A DNA stretch of 64,000 nucleotides from Vitrella brassicaformis CCMP3155 (GCA_001179505.1 CDMY01000409.1:1-64000), one strand, 5' to 3'; shown: positions 1 through 12,564, counted from the first letter of the stretch. Notes: generated by a model from the letters alone, not told the origin. Translations and numbers: made by a program.

Positions 1-404
1 ACACACATCCACACACACACACGCACACAAATGCACCTCCGACATGGATTTCGGAGCCCTCCATTTTATCCACACGTCACACGTCACAGGTCGCTAATGA
101 ATGGCTATCGACCCACACACAGTTCACCGAAGGACACTCACCGAAGGACACACAGACAGACAGCTGCTCACTCACACGTACCTAGTGTGCAGAAAAACCA
201 ACAACGGCCCGAGAACGGGCCTTAAGGCATCGCATCCATCGACAGGTGGGAAGACATGCAGACACACACGCCCCGCCCCGCCCCGCCCCGCCCTGCCCAG
301 CGGCACTGCACGCGGCGCCGCGCAGTGCACCATGTCATGTATTGTATGCTATGCAGCTCAATCAACTGGCTGCCTCCCTCGTCTGTCACTCACATCCACT
401 CCAT

Positions 405-1798
405 TCACTCGACACGCACGCGGAAAGATGACGGCCGGGGGATTGGCCAGTCAGGGAAGACCTCTCTCAGCAAATTGAGGCACCCATCGCGCTTCGGCAT
501 GTGATCGCCGCGCCACGACAGAGACTCCTTGCCACCGTCGAAGCCATACAGACTCGAGTCCTCTACTATCACACCTGCAAAGTGGAAGCGCATCCATCGA
601 TGGGGCCTGCCTGCCTGCCTGCCCTGGGTGCTCACTCACATGCTTCTTGTTCGTCGCCACTGATGTAGGCAGTGAGCCAGTTGAACAGCATGTCCTCGCA
701 GTTGCGCTCGCGGTTTATCAAATCAATCACCGGGCTGAATTAACGAACGGGTCAGTCACACACCACATCAAGGGAAGCGACATTGAGCCAATCCCTCTGT
801 GTGTGAGAGTACCGACCGAGGCACGAGCTTCATGTACGCCAACAGGAGCGACGTGGACATGAGAGCCGCGCTCGTCAGAGCGATGTTGTCTTGGTCGCTG
901 TCATTCTCGGTGCCGTAGTACAGGGTGGTCTTTGTGCCGTCCACACACCGGCGAATCGTCCGCCGATTCTCATGCACACTGATTATGCGCCTCGGGAACA
1001 GCCGTGCGGCCAAAAGAAACTTGTGGATATCAGCTGTGACAGACAAGCAACGAATCGCAGACAGATCACACACCAGCCAGTTTGTGTGCGTATGTACCGT
1101 ACGTACCACAGGTGAAGGTCTTGTCGTCGTCGAGGATCAGCGTGAAGGGCGTGTCAATGTACTCGGCCACATAAAACCTCTCGCCAAGCCCCCGCTCCCC
1201 CGGGAGCACCCGAGTCTTTGTCGAACCCACCTGCCTGAGCTTCTCGTGCAGAGCCTCTCTGAAGCCGTCGATGGACTTGTCGTGCGGCACCCATTGTCCC
1301 CAATGTTGGTGTATCGGCACCCATGTATCGAGCACGATCTCTTTGACGAAGCCGCACCTCTCGAGGGCTGGGAGGTACCGAGCGACCCAGCGCCGAGCAC
1401 GGGAGGGGCCCATCGTCACAGCCACCGTCACAGAGTTCTGCATTATATGAGCAGCGGGAGAGAAGGGGCAACACTGCCTGTCTGCCTGTCTTTGGTGTGG
1501 TGAATCACCTCACCTGCAAGTCGTCCGTGTCGGTTTCGTTCCTCCTCAGTACCAGAGTGGTCTGGCTGCTGAACGTGGCCCTCCGTCTGATCGGCGCTTT
1601 CCTCCTGCAGCCACCGCTGGGAAGCCACCGCTGCAGTGACGCGCCCTCCAGCGCTGTGTAGTTGTACGGGACAATGGCGGTGGGACCGGTGAGCGTGGAG
1701 GGCATGCGTGTGAGTGTCGTCCTCAGATAGCCCCAGTCGACGAGTATCCAGGTGGCTCCCGCCACAAGGGCAAAAGACAGGGGCTTCACGGCCCACAT
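405..1798 (-). CDS. GT64/EXTL2-like glycosyltransferase, type II membrane protein, about 5 exons
   Basis: N-terminal hydrophobic anchor (MWAVKPLSFALVAGATWILVDW). DxD motif LILDDD, then NIALTSAALMSTSLLLAY, RNCEDMLFNWL and SLSWRGDHMPKRDGCLNLL, which match GT64 motifs (VLTGAAF, NCEDI.MNF, H...RS.CLN). Exon1/exon2 junction at 1514/1437 is a phase-0 GT-AG intron. Confidence 0.8.
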
Positions 1799-1873
1799 AT
1801 GTAGCAGCCCTAGAAATTTACATTGAATTTACACTTGTACAGAAACGGTTATGGACGGTGGAATTGCTGTGCG
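1799..1873. promoter_or_regulatory. Candidate bidirectional promoter
   Basis: 75-bp AT-richer spacer between two divergent ATGs in a GC-rich background. Confidence 0.45.
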
Positions 1874-4413
1874 ATGGCGGCCAAATACACGACGCGAGTG
1901 GGGAACGCTGCGACGCGAGAAGGGGACGGAGGCGCCGGGACGCTCAGGAGACGGAGGTCTATCATCGGGACTGGTATTGTGAGGCAGACTGGTGCATGGT
2001 CGTGGGCAGATAAATGCGGGCGGGGATGTGTTCTGTGTGTCGATCAGCGTTGGTGGTGTTTCTTGTAACCAATGTTGGGCTGTTGCTGCTGAGGTGTCTG
2101 GAAGACTTATTGCTGCTGAGGGAGAGCGTCGACGCCATGAGGTGAGCAGAGAGTGGAAAGGGAGATGGGCAGCTGGACACAGAGGCGCAGACACAGAACA
2201 CACCGCCTCTCCCTGTTTGTGTATGCACGTGTGTGCCCCTCTGGTCAGGAGTATGCAAGCATCGCGTCTCGCGGGTGCTTCGGTGACCAGTAGCGCCGCA
2301 GGGCAGGTACGCCATTCCTTCTCATCCATGCAGGATGGCGACGATGGTTTTGTGGGCGAGTGGCAGGTCACACAGATCGTCCAGAAGCTGCTTAGAGGTG
2401 AGGTGGGGGGGTGCGCCGCAACGCAATCAATACACACGCACGATGGCCATGAGCGTGTGACTGCCCGACCGATTGCCCCACACACACAGGTGCTGGTCTC
2501 CGGCCGCCTGACACGACGTCGAAGGACCAGCACCATGAGTCACTTGGCTTCTACGATGCGGGTCGGTACACGGAGGCGGAGAGATGGGAGCTGAAAAAGA
2601 GAAACAGAGCCCTCATGTGGCACAGACAAGTATACCGACCGACCGACAAAGACATTTGAAGGGACGCAACCGGCGTATCCACCATCTGTCTGTGTGCGTG
2701 CGTGGGCGTGTGTGTGTATTATATGTGTGTGCAGATGGACCCGAATTGGCTGAGCAAGGTCAGCGAGGTCAAGGGCCACGGCCCCACCTTCTACCAGATG
2801 TTCTTCGAGCCCGACTGGAGCTGCGAGTGGGCAGACAGACATACAGACATCCCCACCTCACCTCACCTGAGCCACACGTGCACACAAATCATGTGTAGGT
2901 ATGATTGTCTGTGCTGTCTGTCTGTCAGGTTTGAGATGCGACTGGGCACTCTGGGCGATGGCGGCAAGTGGGTCTGTGACCCTGACAGGTAGGTCGGTAC
3001 CTCAGCCACTCACAGACAGACGCGTGCATACAAATGCATATTCACATGCAGGATCATTTCGCGTAGCAAGGCGTCGGGCGAGCCCTGTCTGGTGTACTCT
3101 GTGGGCGGCTCCAACGAGGTGAGTGAGTGAGTGAGTGAGTGAGAGGGGGATGGATGGATGGATGGAGGGGCTTGCGGCACACGGTGTGCTCTGCTCTGCT
3201 CAGTGGTCCTTCGAGGACAGCGTACACAAGACACTCGGATGCGAAGTCCACACCGTACGCACCGCAGGGAGGGAGGGACACACGCACCCATGTTGTCAGT
3301 CTGTCAATGGTGTGGGTGGGTGTGCGGGCGGGCGGGCTGATGGCTTTAGTTTGATCACACTGTCGCGACTCCGAAGGCCAAGCCCAACCACGTCATCTTT
3401 CACAGATGGGGGATCGACTGGCCGGGATCGGGGTGGGTATGTGGGTGCAGTGCAATGGGCGTCTCCCTCCCTGGCTCACATCCGTCCACCTTTTGATGTA
3501 TGTGTTCAGGGCCAATCTGCAGGCCGACAGCCCCGGGCCCCTCACAGCAGGCTTGAACGAGATCATTACGTGAGACTGGAGTGGGTGGGATGGGTGGGAT
3601 GGACGACGCACAGAAGGCAAGACGGACTGTCTGTCTGTCTGTCTGTCGTGTGTGGATGTGTCTAGTGCGTTGGGCCACGAGACACGCGAGATTGACATTC
3701 TCAAGATTGATGTGGAGGGCGCCGAGTGAGCAAACGCAGCGCAGAGAGAGACAACTGCGCATCCCTCTCTGTGTGTGTATGTGTGTTGGTGATCAGGTTC
3801 AGGTCGCTCACCCCATTGTTGACGAGTGGAGCATGGAGGAGAAGGCCACCGATACGACAGGCGAGCCGAGCAAGGAAGGACCACCGCCACCCACCCATGT
3901 GGTGGCATCCCATCCAGGCAGACAGACACCTGACTGACCTGTGCGTCAATCAATACGTCTGTGTGTTATGTGGTGTGTGTGTGTGTGTATGTGTGTGGCT
4001 GCATTGCCACCAACTGCAGGTGTTGATCGAGGTGCACGTGTTGGGGATCAACAAGCAGAAGGTGGTCGACTTGAACAAAGAGCTGCTCAGCGCATTCCTC
4101 AACAACGGGTCAGGCAGGGTCAGGCGGGCCACATGCACATTCAGACAGACAGACAGACAGACGGACACACACGTCGATGGATTGGATGTCTGTGTCTGCT
4201 CTGCATGCCTCGGTGTCAGATACGTCTTGTTCCACAAGGAGCCGAACATTCAGGTGCACAGACAGACAGACAGAGAGACTGGATGTGCAGTGGATGGTGG
4301 CTGGATGCGATGCATGTGTGTGTGTGTGTGTGTGGCAGCACGCGGGCGGCAACTGCGTCGAGTTCGCCTTCCTGCAGCTGGACCTGCCCACACCACCAGA
4401 CAAACCCACATAG
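1874..4413 (+). CDS. Methyltransf_22/METTL24-like SAM-dependent methyltransferase with N-terminal TM anchor, multi-exon
   Basis: Exon peptides ALVVFLVTNVGLLLL (TM), ESLGFYD, FEPDWSC, RLGTLGDGGKWVCDP, CLVYSVG..EWSFED, IDILKIDVEG, QVLIEVH, LFHKEPNI, CVEFAFL are typical of this family. Start codon is inferred. Confidence 0.8.
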
Positions 4414-5056
4414 CCACACACGCAACCCGGGCCCTCAATGTGTGTATGGGCGTGAGTGTAGGTGTAAGTAAGCGTATGTGTCTTATGCGTCTCGTCAGCC
4501 ACTGTGTGCATTTGTCGCTCCGACACTCACTGGTCGGTCGATTGCCCAATTACTTACAAGTGCTTGATGGATATCGCCCGCAAAAGGGCGACACGCAGCT
4601 AGCTGTTTTTGGCTGGGTGCAATCACTGCGCGTGTGCATGGCATGGATGTCTTGTCCTTCCTGAGACATTGGATGTGTGCAGTAGGCATGAGGGTGTGCG
4701 CAGACAGCCCAGACCTTCTTGATTGGGGAGGGCACATGTACAGTAGCTAGCTAGCCCCAACAGACAGACACCCACAGTCATTTCATTCACAGAGAACGGA
4801 CGGGTGCGGCGTTTGTCTGTGCCTGCCTGTTTGTTTTTTTGCTCACACCGATGCGCGCGAGCGCTCATACAGTCAGTCAATCTGACCGTCAGATTACGGA
4901 GGAGTGGACATCCACTGAGTCAGTCAGTCTGTCTGCGTGTGTGTGTGCGTGCCACTGATCGACTGCTTGACGAAGATGCGAGTAAGTACGTGTGTAGATG
5001 AGATGCAACTGTGTCCATGTGCCAACAAGGTGACCGATCTTTCAACCTCTCTATAC

Positions 5057-5202
5057 ATTCATCCCGATTCATCCCCCATTCATCCCGATTCATCCCCCAT
5101 TCATCCCGATTCATCCCCCATTCATCCCAATTCATCCCCCATTCATCCCGATTCATCCCCCATTCATCCCAATTCATCCCCGATTCATCCCCCATTCATC
5201 CC
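5057..5202. repeat. Higher-order tandem repeat: about 21-bp unit of ATTCATCCCG plus ATTCATCCCCC, about 7 units
   Basis: Directly visible; some subunits read ATTCATCCCA. Confidence 0.95.
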
Positions 5203-5525
5203 GCGCCAGAGCTAGAAACTCCACATTGCCGGAGGAGATACCGTCCCCCATGGCCAGCTGCGAGTCCACACTGCAGCTGGCGAGTACCTGGCCGTGTGGT
5301 CGAGAGGTGATGGCCACACCCCAGATACAGTACCAGTAGCAGACTACCTCCCCTGCCTGCGTCCTTGTGCTGCTGCACCATCCGGCGTGAGACCTCAGCT
5401 GCCGCAGACCCGTACACAGCGGGAGTGCCCGGCACTCAGCCGTCGCGGAGCGGACAGGAGAAGCGATCGGCTGCGAGCTAAGCCGTGAGGAGGATTTGAA
5501 AGTGCCTCATCTCGTGTCGGCTGCG

Positions 5526-7130
5526 ATGATGGAGCAACCGGAGCAACAGGACCAGCAACAGCAACATCCCTTCTCGTACATCTTGGTTGGTCGTCGCACG
5601 TTCTACCTCCTCAGCCTCACAACATACTCCAGCTGAGGGCCACCTGCACGTGGCTCGAAGGTCTTTTCGGAGCGGCCCAGCTAAAAGATCGGCTCCGTCA
5701 CTCTGTCGGCTCGCAGGCGGGGCTGCGGCGGGTGGTCAACGGGCAGCAAGTGCAGCTGGTGCGGTTCGACGATGACCAGTTCGGCGTGTGTGATCTGCTG
5801 GCGTGGCGGCTGTGTGTGTGATGGAGGAGGGGAGCTGGGTGGAGATCGGCGTGGTGATTGAATGGGCCAGCCAGTGCGGCAACTGTGAGCTGCCTGTCAA
5901 GCTCACGTCAGATGACATCAACACACACGCCAGCAAGACGGTAAGGCACACACACAGATGGGGGCGGGGAGAGAACAGAGAGGCCTCATTCCCTCTCTCT
6001 CTGTGTCTGTGTGGTGTAGGCGTATGGATCGGTAGCTTGTGTGTTGGCGCAGCTCATGGTGGTCGGCCGCCTCCTGGACTTCGGTGACGGCAGCTGCCTG
6101 CAGGTCTTCCGCCGTGCGAATGGTGAGGTGCGGGCCATCAGGGACGAGCCCGGCTTCCGGCTGCAGGTCAACCCGCCCCTCGCTGCCGACCATCTGTATC
6201 AGCAGCACCGACTACAGCATGACCCACCAGTGCGGAGCTGCATCAACTATCGGGGCAACACCGGCAGATGGGTGTCGGGCGGACTGTCCGAGTATGCGTC
6301 GTTGTCGTCGTTCGCCAAGCGCATGATCCACAACCACTTCTACGAGACTCACCAGATCAATGACACAGGGGTAGACCTCAACAGATGACGACACGTCAAC
6401 GGCCCAAGTGGCGAGAGGGGTGCGTGTTTGACTGGGTGTCTGTGTGTGGTTGGTTCAGGCGTGTTGGCGGCGGCCGTCTGGATGGCCTCCTCACCCAGTC
6501 GCCCCACACACCGGTGGCCGGATGCACCACCACATTGAGCCGGGTTGGTGATCTGCGGTACCTGGTGCTGGTGCTGACCGACAGCAGCCACGAGTTCGTC
6601 GCGTGGATTGCCATTCAGGATTGGGGGGACGGCATCGGTCAGGCCGACAGACAGGCAGCTCCGCTGGTCAAATGTTCTCAGTGTTTTCTTCCTGCTTGTC
6701 TGTCTGCAGTGGATGTGTGTGTCGAGACGACCGAGTCGCCTGTGGCTGGTGCAGCTGCGCCCTTCAAGGACCGCTTCCCGGTCACCACTCGGCTGGCTCG
6801 CGTGGCGTTGGGGTCAGGTGTGGTGCCATACGTCTTCGACGGACAAGTACAACAACAGCAGCAGCAGCAGCAGCAAGATGACGACAGCGACGATGGTACG
6901 GACATACACGCACATTGGTGGACGGATGGACGATGGGCTTCTTTATGTGTGTGGTGCAGACGGAGATGGTGGCGATGAGAGTGACGAGATGGATTATGAC
7001 AGCGATGGGGGCAGCGGAGGTATCACGAGCAAAAGGCACACAGCACCAATGCGTCGCATGCATTTCTGTGGGCGTGGGTGTCTGGATGACAGGCGACAAC
7101 GCACCAGCCGAGGAGGAGAATGTCGACTGA
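5526..7130 (+). pseudogene. Uncharacterised multi-copy family, copy 1, frameshifted in exon 1
   Basis: Homologous to the copy at 53738-55528 (HPFSYI.VGRRTFYL...LTxDDINTHASKT / RVLAQLMVVGR / FKDRFPVTT). Indels at about 5620 and about 5800 break the frame relative to that copy. Confidence 0.7.
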
Positions 7131-7699
7131 TCCACCTACCGATCCGTCAATAGCGGGGCACCACAGGTATGCACATACGCCAGGCAGTGCGGCAGATCTT
7201 CCTCCTGTGATGTCATGGGCTCTTGCCGTGTGTGTGTATCCTCTGTGTGTGGTTTTGGCAGGATGTTTGGAGTGCTGTCCGCAGCTGCTGGCTTCTCATC
7301 CCTTTGTCATGTGTGCGACGCCTCCCATGACACAGCAGACTGCGTGGCTAGAGGGCCTTTCTCTACAGAACAATTTGGAGGGGTAGATAGGCTGCGTGCC
7401 TTAACATGACGGTTATGTGTTGTTGGACCGTGTTGGATCGATCGATGCTGCCGAACTGTTTCGTATGATTTGGTATAAGATGAGATTCATCGAATCGACA
7501 GGACAGCGTATTTACACACCACATGACAGTCATGAGGTCTGGTCGCCTTGCTGTCAATAAATGCAGCGCATCGTCACACCAACAAACCTATCGACTCATC
7601 GATCCATGGCAGCTTCACAAAACAGTCACCCCATCAAAACCTCCGGTGCACCCCCCAACCCCCTACCCCGATCACATCGGTCAGGCAGTCAGTCGCCCC

Positions 7700-9922
7700 T
7701 CAGCCCTCGCCGCCGTCCCCATTCTGTTTGGTCATCTTGAGCAGCTCGCAAATGAACGACCCTGACCGTGTCGATGCCCCACCCACACCCACCGGCAATG
7801 ACCTGAAGAGGCAGAGAGACGGACAGTGGTGTGTTTGGGGTGTGTGAGGATGGTCTTACGGTGCCGTCATTTGGCGCATGTCTTGCCGCCTTCGGATGGC
7901 ATCCCTCGCACCATCGGGCAGCCCCCTCTCTGCACAGACACCCAACCCACACACACAGACAGCCGCACAGTGTGTTCACGGGTGCGGCGAATTTCATTTC
8001 TCTCTCTCTCTTTCTCTCTCACCGATTGCGTCGACACAGTCGCCCACAGGCTTCCCCTGCCGCAGTGCCTCGACCAGGTTGTCATAGGCCTGCGAATACT
8101 CCTGTCCACACAAAAAGAATCAAACCACACACACGTCATGGACTGAGCAGCCCTCTGTGTGTGGTGTGGTGTCACCGACCCCCCCACCTTGAGCAGCAGC
8201 ACGGCCTGCGTGACGGCCCATCGGGCCTGCAGAGTGACGCGCGGCAGCGACCAGGGCGGGAAGATGTCCCGACCAAGGAACAACCGCTGCAGCAAGTGAC
8301 AGGACACACACACGCAGATGAGCACTCAGGTGGGTGTGATGCCTCCTCTCTCTCCACTGACGGCGCCCATCCCATGGTCTCACCAGTGCGGCCTCGTCGC
8401 TCCTGCCGCCCTCTGCGTTGCCGAACTGCAGTGCCTCTGCGGCAATGCCGGCCATGGTGATGATGGACAGCCTGTCGATGGTCTCACGCCTCAGCTGCCC
8501 GCGCATCACCTTCTCCTTGATCTCAGGCACGAAAAAGATCGTACCTATACACACACACACACAGAGAGAGATAGATACAAACACATCGTGCCCATCGTCT
8601 GTGTGCGGTTGTCTGTCCCACCTCCCTGTCCGGCCACGAGTGCCTTCTCTTTGAAGAGCTGCGGCACCGTCACGATGCACCGCTGGATGGGGGCCCCCAG
8701 CAGGTAGCCGATGAGGAAGTGGCCCGCCTCGTGCTTGACAATCCTCTCCTGGTAGGGGGGAAAGACCACCCGCGCGACGCTCTTTGAGAGAACGGATCGG
8801 AAGAACAGGGAATCCACCAACACCGCACCACACTGATGGTGAGTGACACACATCGATGGATGGGCGGATACGGTGTGTCATGGGCTGTTGTCTCACCTCT
8901 AGAGGCACTAGAATGTTGAGCGTCTCGGGGGGCAGCAGGGCGATCTGCGCCAGGGCGAAAGCCACACCGCTGAGACACACACGCAGACACACACCATCCA
9001 GAGAAGTGAGACGCGTCGTGCTGTGCTTTTGGTTGTTCGGTTCGGTCATGACTTACGCGACGGACCAGAAGACCCCCGAGCCCTTAGGTGTGAGTTTGTC
9101 CAATGTAAAGTTGGTGTACTTCTCTATGTTGGCATTCTGCAGCTCCACGTTGGTCTCCGCCTGGCCAGCCATCGGCCTTTAGGGGACTGTTATCAAGCGA
9201 GTTTGAGTCCAACAGCTCACACATGCAGGTGCCACAAAACCGTCCGTCCCATACTCACTCACTCACTCACTCACTCACTTTTCCTCTCTGCCATCGAACC
9301 ACTTGGCCAGAACAAAGTTAATTGCGACTTGAAAGAAAAAGAGCCCTGCGAGGACGACTGCGAGCCGTTCACTTTCCCCTGTCTCCTTCAGCTCTGACAC
9401 AAAGCGTTCGAGCCAATCGGGCTGGATGCCATCTTGCCTCTCCAGGCTGTACAGAATGAGCCATATGACGAAAAGTTGAGGGAATGTCTTCGCGGCAATC
9501 CCCTGGACGGCTTTCAAGGTACCCTTGGCGACTACCTTGGCCGCCGTGTCCCACCCTGCTGCAGAAGGGGAGCAGACACAGTGGGTCAATCAACGGTCTG
9601 TGCTGTCCATTCACCTGGTTGTGGAGCGCTCTCAGTCTCCGTCTTATCCTGCACTCAAACGGGGAGATCGATGCACATCCACTTAGACGAATGGCTGCCA
9701 GTGAAGTCATTGATGGTCTCTCACCGGGCGCGCGTGTGGTCTGCTCGTAGGTTCGGTCAGCAGCCACGGACGATGCTCGTACTCGTGAGGCTGCGACGTC
9801 AGGCCTCCTCTGTGCTTGGTGGTGTGGGAGAGGCGGACGGGCGGCACAACGAAGGCAGACACCGCCGATAGCTGGCAGCTCTTCACTGCCAGCAGAACAA
9901 GGCAAAGCACCAGCAGCTTCAT
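7700..9922 (-). CDS. Plastid-targeted peptidase M41-like (FtsH protease domain-like, VIR3/At5g27290-type) protein
   Basis: Signal peptide MKLLVLCLVLLAVKSCQLSAVSA followed by F and a transit-like stretch. RIVKHEAGHFLIGYLLG gives HExxH; also MAGIAAEAL, GGRSD and QARWAV..A.LLL. Confidence 0.8.
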
Positions 9923-10208
9923 AGACACACCTGAAATGCACAGGCAGGCAGGCAGGCAGGCAGGCAGACGGTGGTGTGCGTCGGGGAGAGCATTTCCTCT
10001 GTGTGTCAGGCGAACCTCACGGAAGGTTGAAGCGTCATTCGCTTTGCGGAATGAATGGCAATAAGGCGACTGGGGATGGAGGCTTCATTGCTGCGGAGAG
10101 GGGATGAATCCGTAGCTCCAACGCTCTCTTCAGATCTCCTGGCTTATGCGAGCTTAGAAGCTCCATGTGTTGACAGCTTTGCGTAACGGCTGGGGCGGCT
10201 GACGGACG

Positions 10209-11824
10209 ATGGCCACCCAGGAGCATCCCGTCAGCCACCTGTTTGTCGGCAGCCGAGGGCATCTGCCCGATATCGTCACGGCGGCCCGCCGCAGAGCCAC
10301 ATCGCGGCGCATCCGGGATGCTTTCACCATAGCCGAGCTGCGCAACCGCCTCGCCAAGTCACTGAGCCGTGATGGGGACGGCATCAACACCCCACAGCTG
10401 CAGCTGCTGCGGTTCGACCCATCGCTGGGCATGGGTGACCTCATGGCGGCGGTGTGGATAGCCGAGGAGGGCGGGCGGTGGGATGAGACGGGGGAGGTGC
10501 TGCAGCTGGCCAGCCAGTGTGGCTACTGTCAGCTGCCCCTCAACCTCACGGCCGATGACATCAACACACACGCCAGCAAGACGGTAAGGTACGCACACAG
10601 ATGGGGGCGGGAGGGAACAAACAGGCCTCATCCATTCCTCTCTCTGTGTCTGTGTCTGTGTGTGTGGTGTGGTGTGGTGTGGTGTGGTGTGATGTGGTGT
10701 AGGCGTATGGATCGGTAGCTCGTGTGTTGGCGCAGCTGATGCTGGTCGGCCGCCACATCGACTTCGGTGACGGCAGCCGCCTGCAGATCGTCCGTCATGG
10801 CGACGGTGAGGTGCGGGCCATCAAGGACGAGCCCGACTTCGAGCTGGGCGTCGACCCGCCCCTCGCTGCCCACCATCTGTATCAGCGGCACCGACAGCAG
10901 CATGACCCACCAGTGGCCAGCCGCATCTTCTACCTGGGCGCCACCGGCAGATGGGTGTCGGGCGGCGACCCCTACGCCGATGCCTCAGTGTCGTCGTTGG
11001 CCAAGCACATAGTCCTCAGCCACTTCTACCTGACTCACCAGACCAATGACACATCGATATCACTCAACAGGTAACGACACGTCAATGGCACCAGTGGTTG
11101 CGTATGTGATTGTGCGTGTGTGTGTGGTTGGTTCAGGCGTGTTGGTGGCGGCCGTCTGGATGGCCTCCTCATCCAGTCGCCCCACACACCGGTGACCGGA
11201 TGCACCACCACTCTCAGCTCGGACGATTGTGTGCGAGGTCTGATGCTCACCGACAGCAGCCACCCCTTCGTCGCGTGGATTACCATATCGGTTGCGGGCC
11301 TCGGCACCGGTCAGGCCGACAGACAGGCAGCTTCGCTGCTGTCAAGTTATCAGTGTTATCTGTCTGTCACTGTCTGCAGTGGTGGTTTTTGTTCGGACCA
11401 CCGAGGCGCCTGTGCGGGAGAGTGGTGCCTTCAAGGACCGCTTCCCAGTGACCACTCAGCTGGCCCGTGTGGCGCTGGGACGAGTGGCGCCATACGTCTT
11501 CGACGGCCAAGTAGACGATGACATTGACGATGATGACGGTGCGGTCAGGGGAGGGAGGGACACACACACATTGTGGCAATGGATGGATGGCTTCTCTGTC
11601 TGTCTTTGTGTGTGGTGTAGATTCCGACGGCCATGGCGGCGGCTGGGATGATATGGATGACGACAGCGACGGAGAGGACAGCGGAGGTACACACACGAGG
11701 GGAAGGGACACACACAGCCGACGACAGATGGACCCACACCGACCCGTATCACATTCAGGTTTGTGTGTGTGTCTGCATGACAGGTGACAATGCATCTGAA
11801 GCCGAGGAGGAGAATGCTGACTGA
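10209..11824 (+). CDS. Uncharacterised multi-copy family, copy 2, 6 exons, apparently intact
   Basis: Exon peptides HPVSHLFVGSRGHLPDIV..., RVLAQLMLVGRHIDFGDG..., RVGGGRLDGLL..., FKDRFPVTTQLARVALG, DSDGHGGGWDD, GDNASEAEEENAD*, joined by GT-AG introns. Confidence 0.8.
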
Positions 11825-12191
11825 TATCACTCAATCAACGCTGCGGCACCACAGGTACTCACACACACCAGACAGTGGGCCAGAGTCTTCTATCTTTATG
11901 TATTGTCCTGTCTGTGTGTGTGTGTGTTGGCAGGGTGTCTGGAGTGCTCTCTGTGGCTGCTGGCTGCCCCGAATCCACTCATGCCTGTCTGTGGTAGAGA
12001 GAGATCGTATACCGCCCACTCTGTAGAGAGACCAGCTGCTGACACATGACTGCCCCAATGGCTGTGGGTGGGCGACCTGTCTGCATTGCCCCGTCCAGCC
12101 TCTCTGCACCTCCCTCCCTCCCTCCCTCTCTCTCTCTGCGTTGATGTCTACCTCTCCTGCTGCCTGGCTGCTTGGCTGGGGGGGGGGGGGG

Positions 12192-12491
12192 NNNNNNNNN
12201 NNNNNNNNNNNNNNNNNNNNNNNNNNNNNNNNNNNNNNNNNNNNNNNNNNNNNNNNNNNNNNNNNNNNNNNNNNNNNNNNNNNNNNNNNNNNNNNNNNNN
12301 NNNNNNNNNNNNNNNNNNNNNNNNNNNNNNNNNNNNNNNNNNNNNNNNNNNNNNNNNNNNNNNNNNNNNNNNNNNNNNNNNNNNNNNNNNNNNNNNNNNN
12401 NNNNNNNNNNNNNNNNNNNNNNNNNNNNNNNNNNNNNNNNNNNNNNNNNNNNNNNNNNNNNNNNNNNNNNNNNNNNNNNNNNNNNNNNNNN
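12192..12491. other. Assembly gap, 300 N
   Basis: N run after poly-G. Confidence 1.
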
Positions 12492-12564
12492 CTTGGTGTG
12501 TTGCCCTCCATTGCTGGCCGGCTTTGACCGCCGCTGTGTGTGTGTGTGTGTGTGAGGCCTGTCT

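Noticed and set aside
5057-5202. Regular repeat considered as a CRISPR array
   Set aside because: No unique spacers, eukaryotic context and no cas genes.
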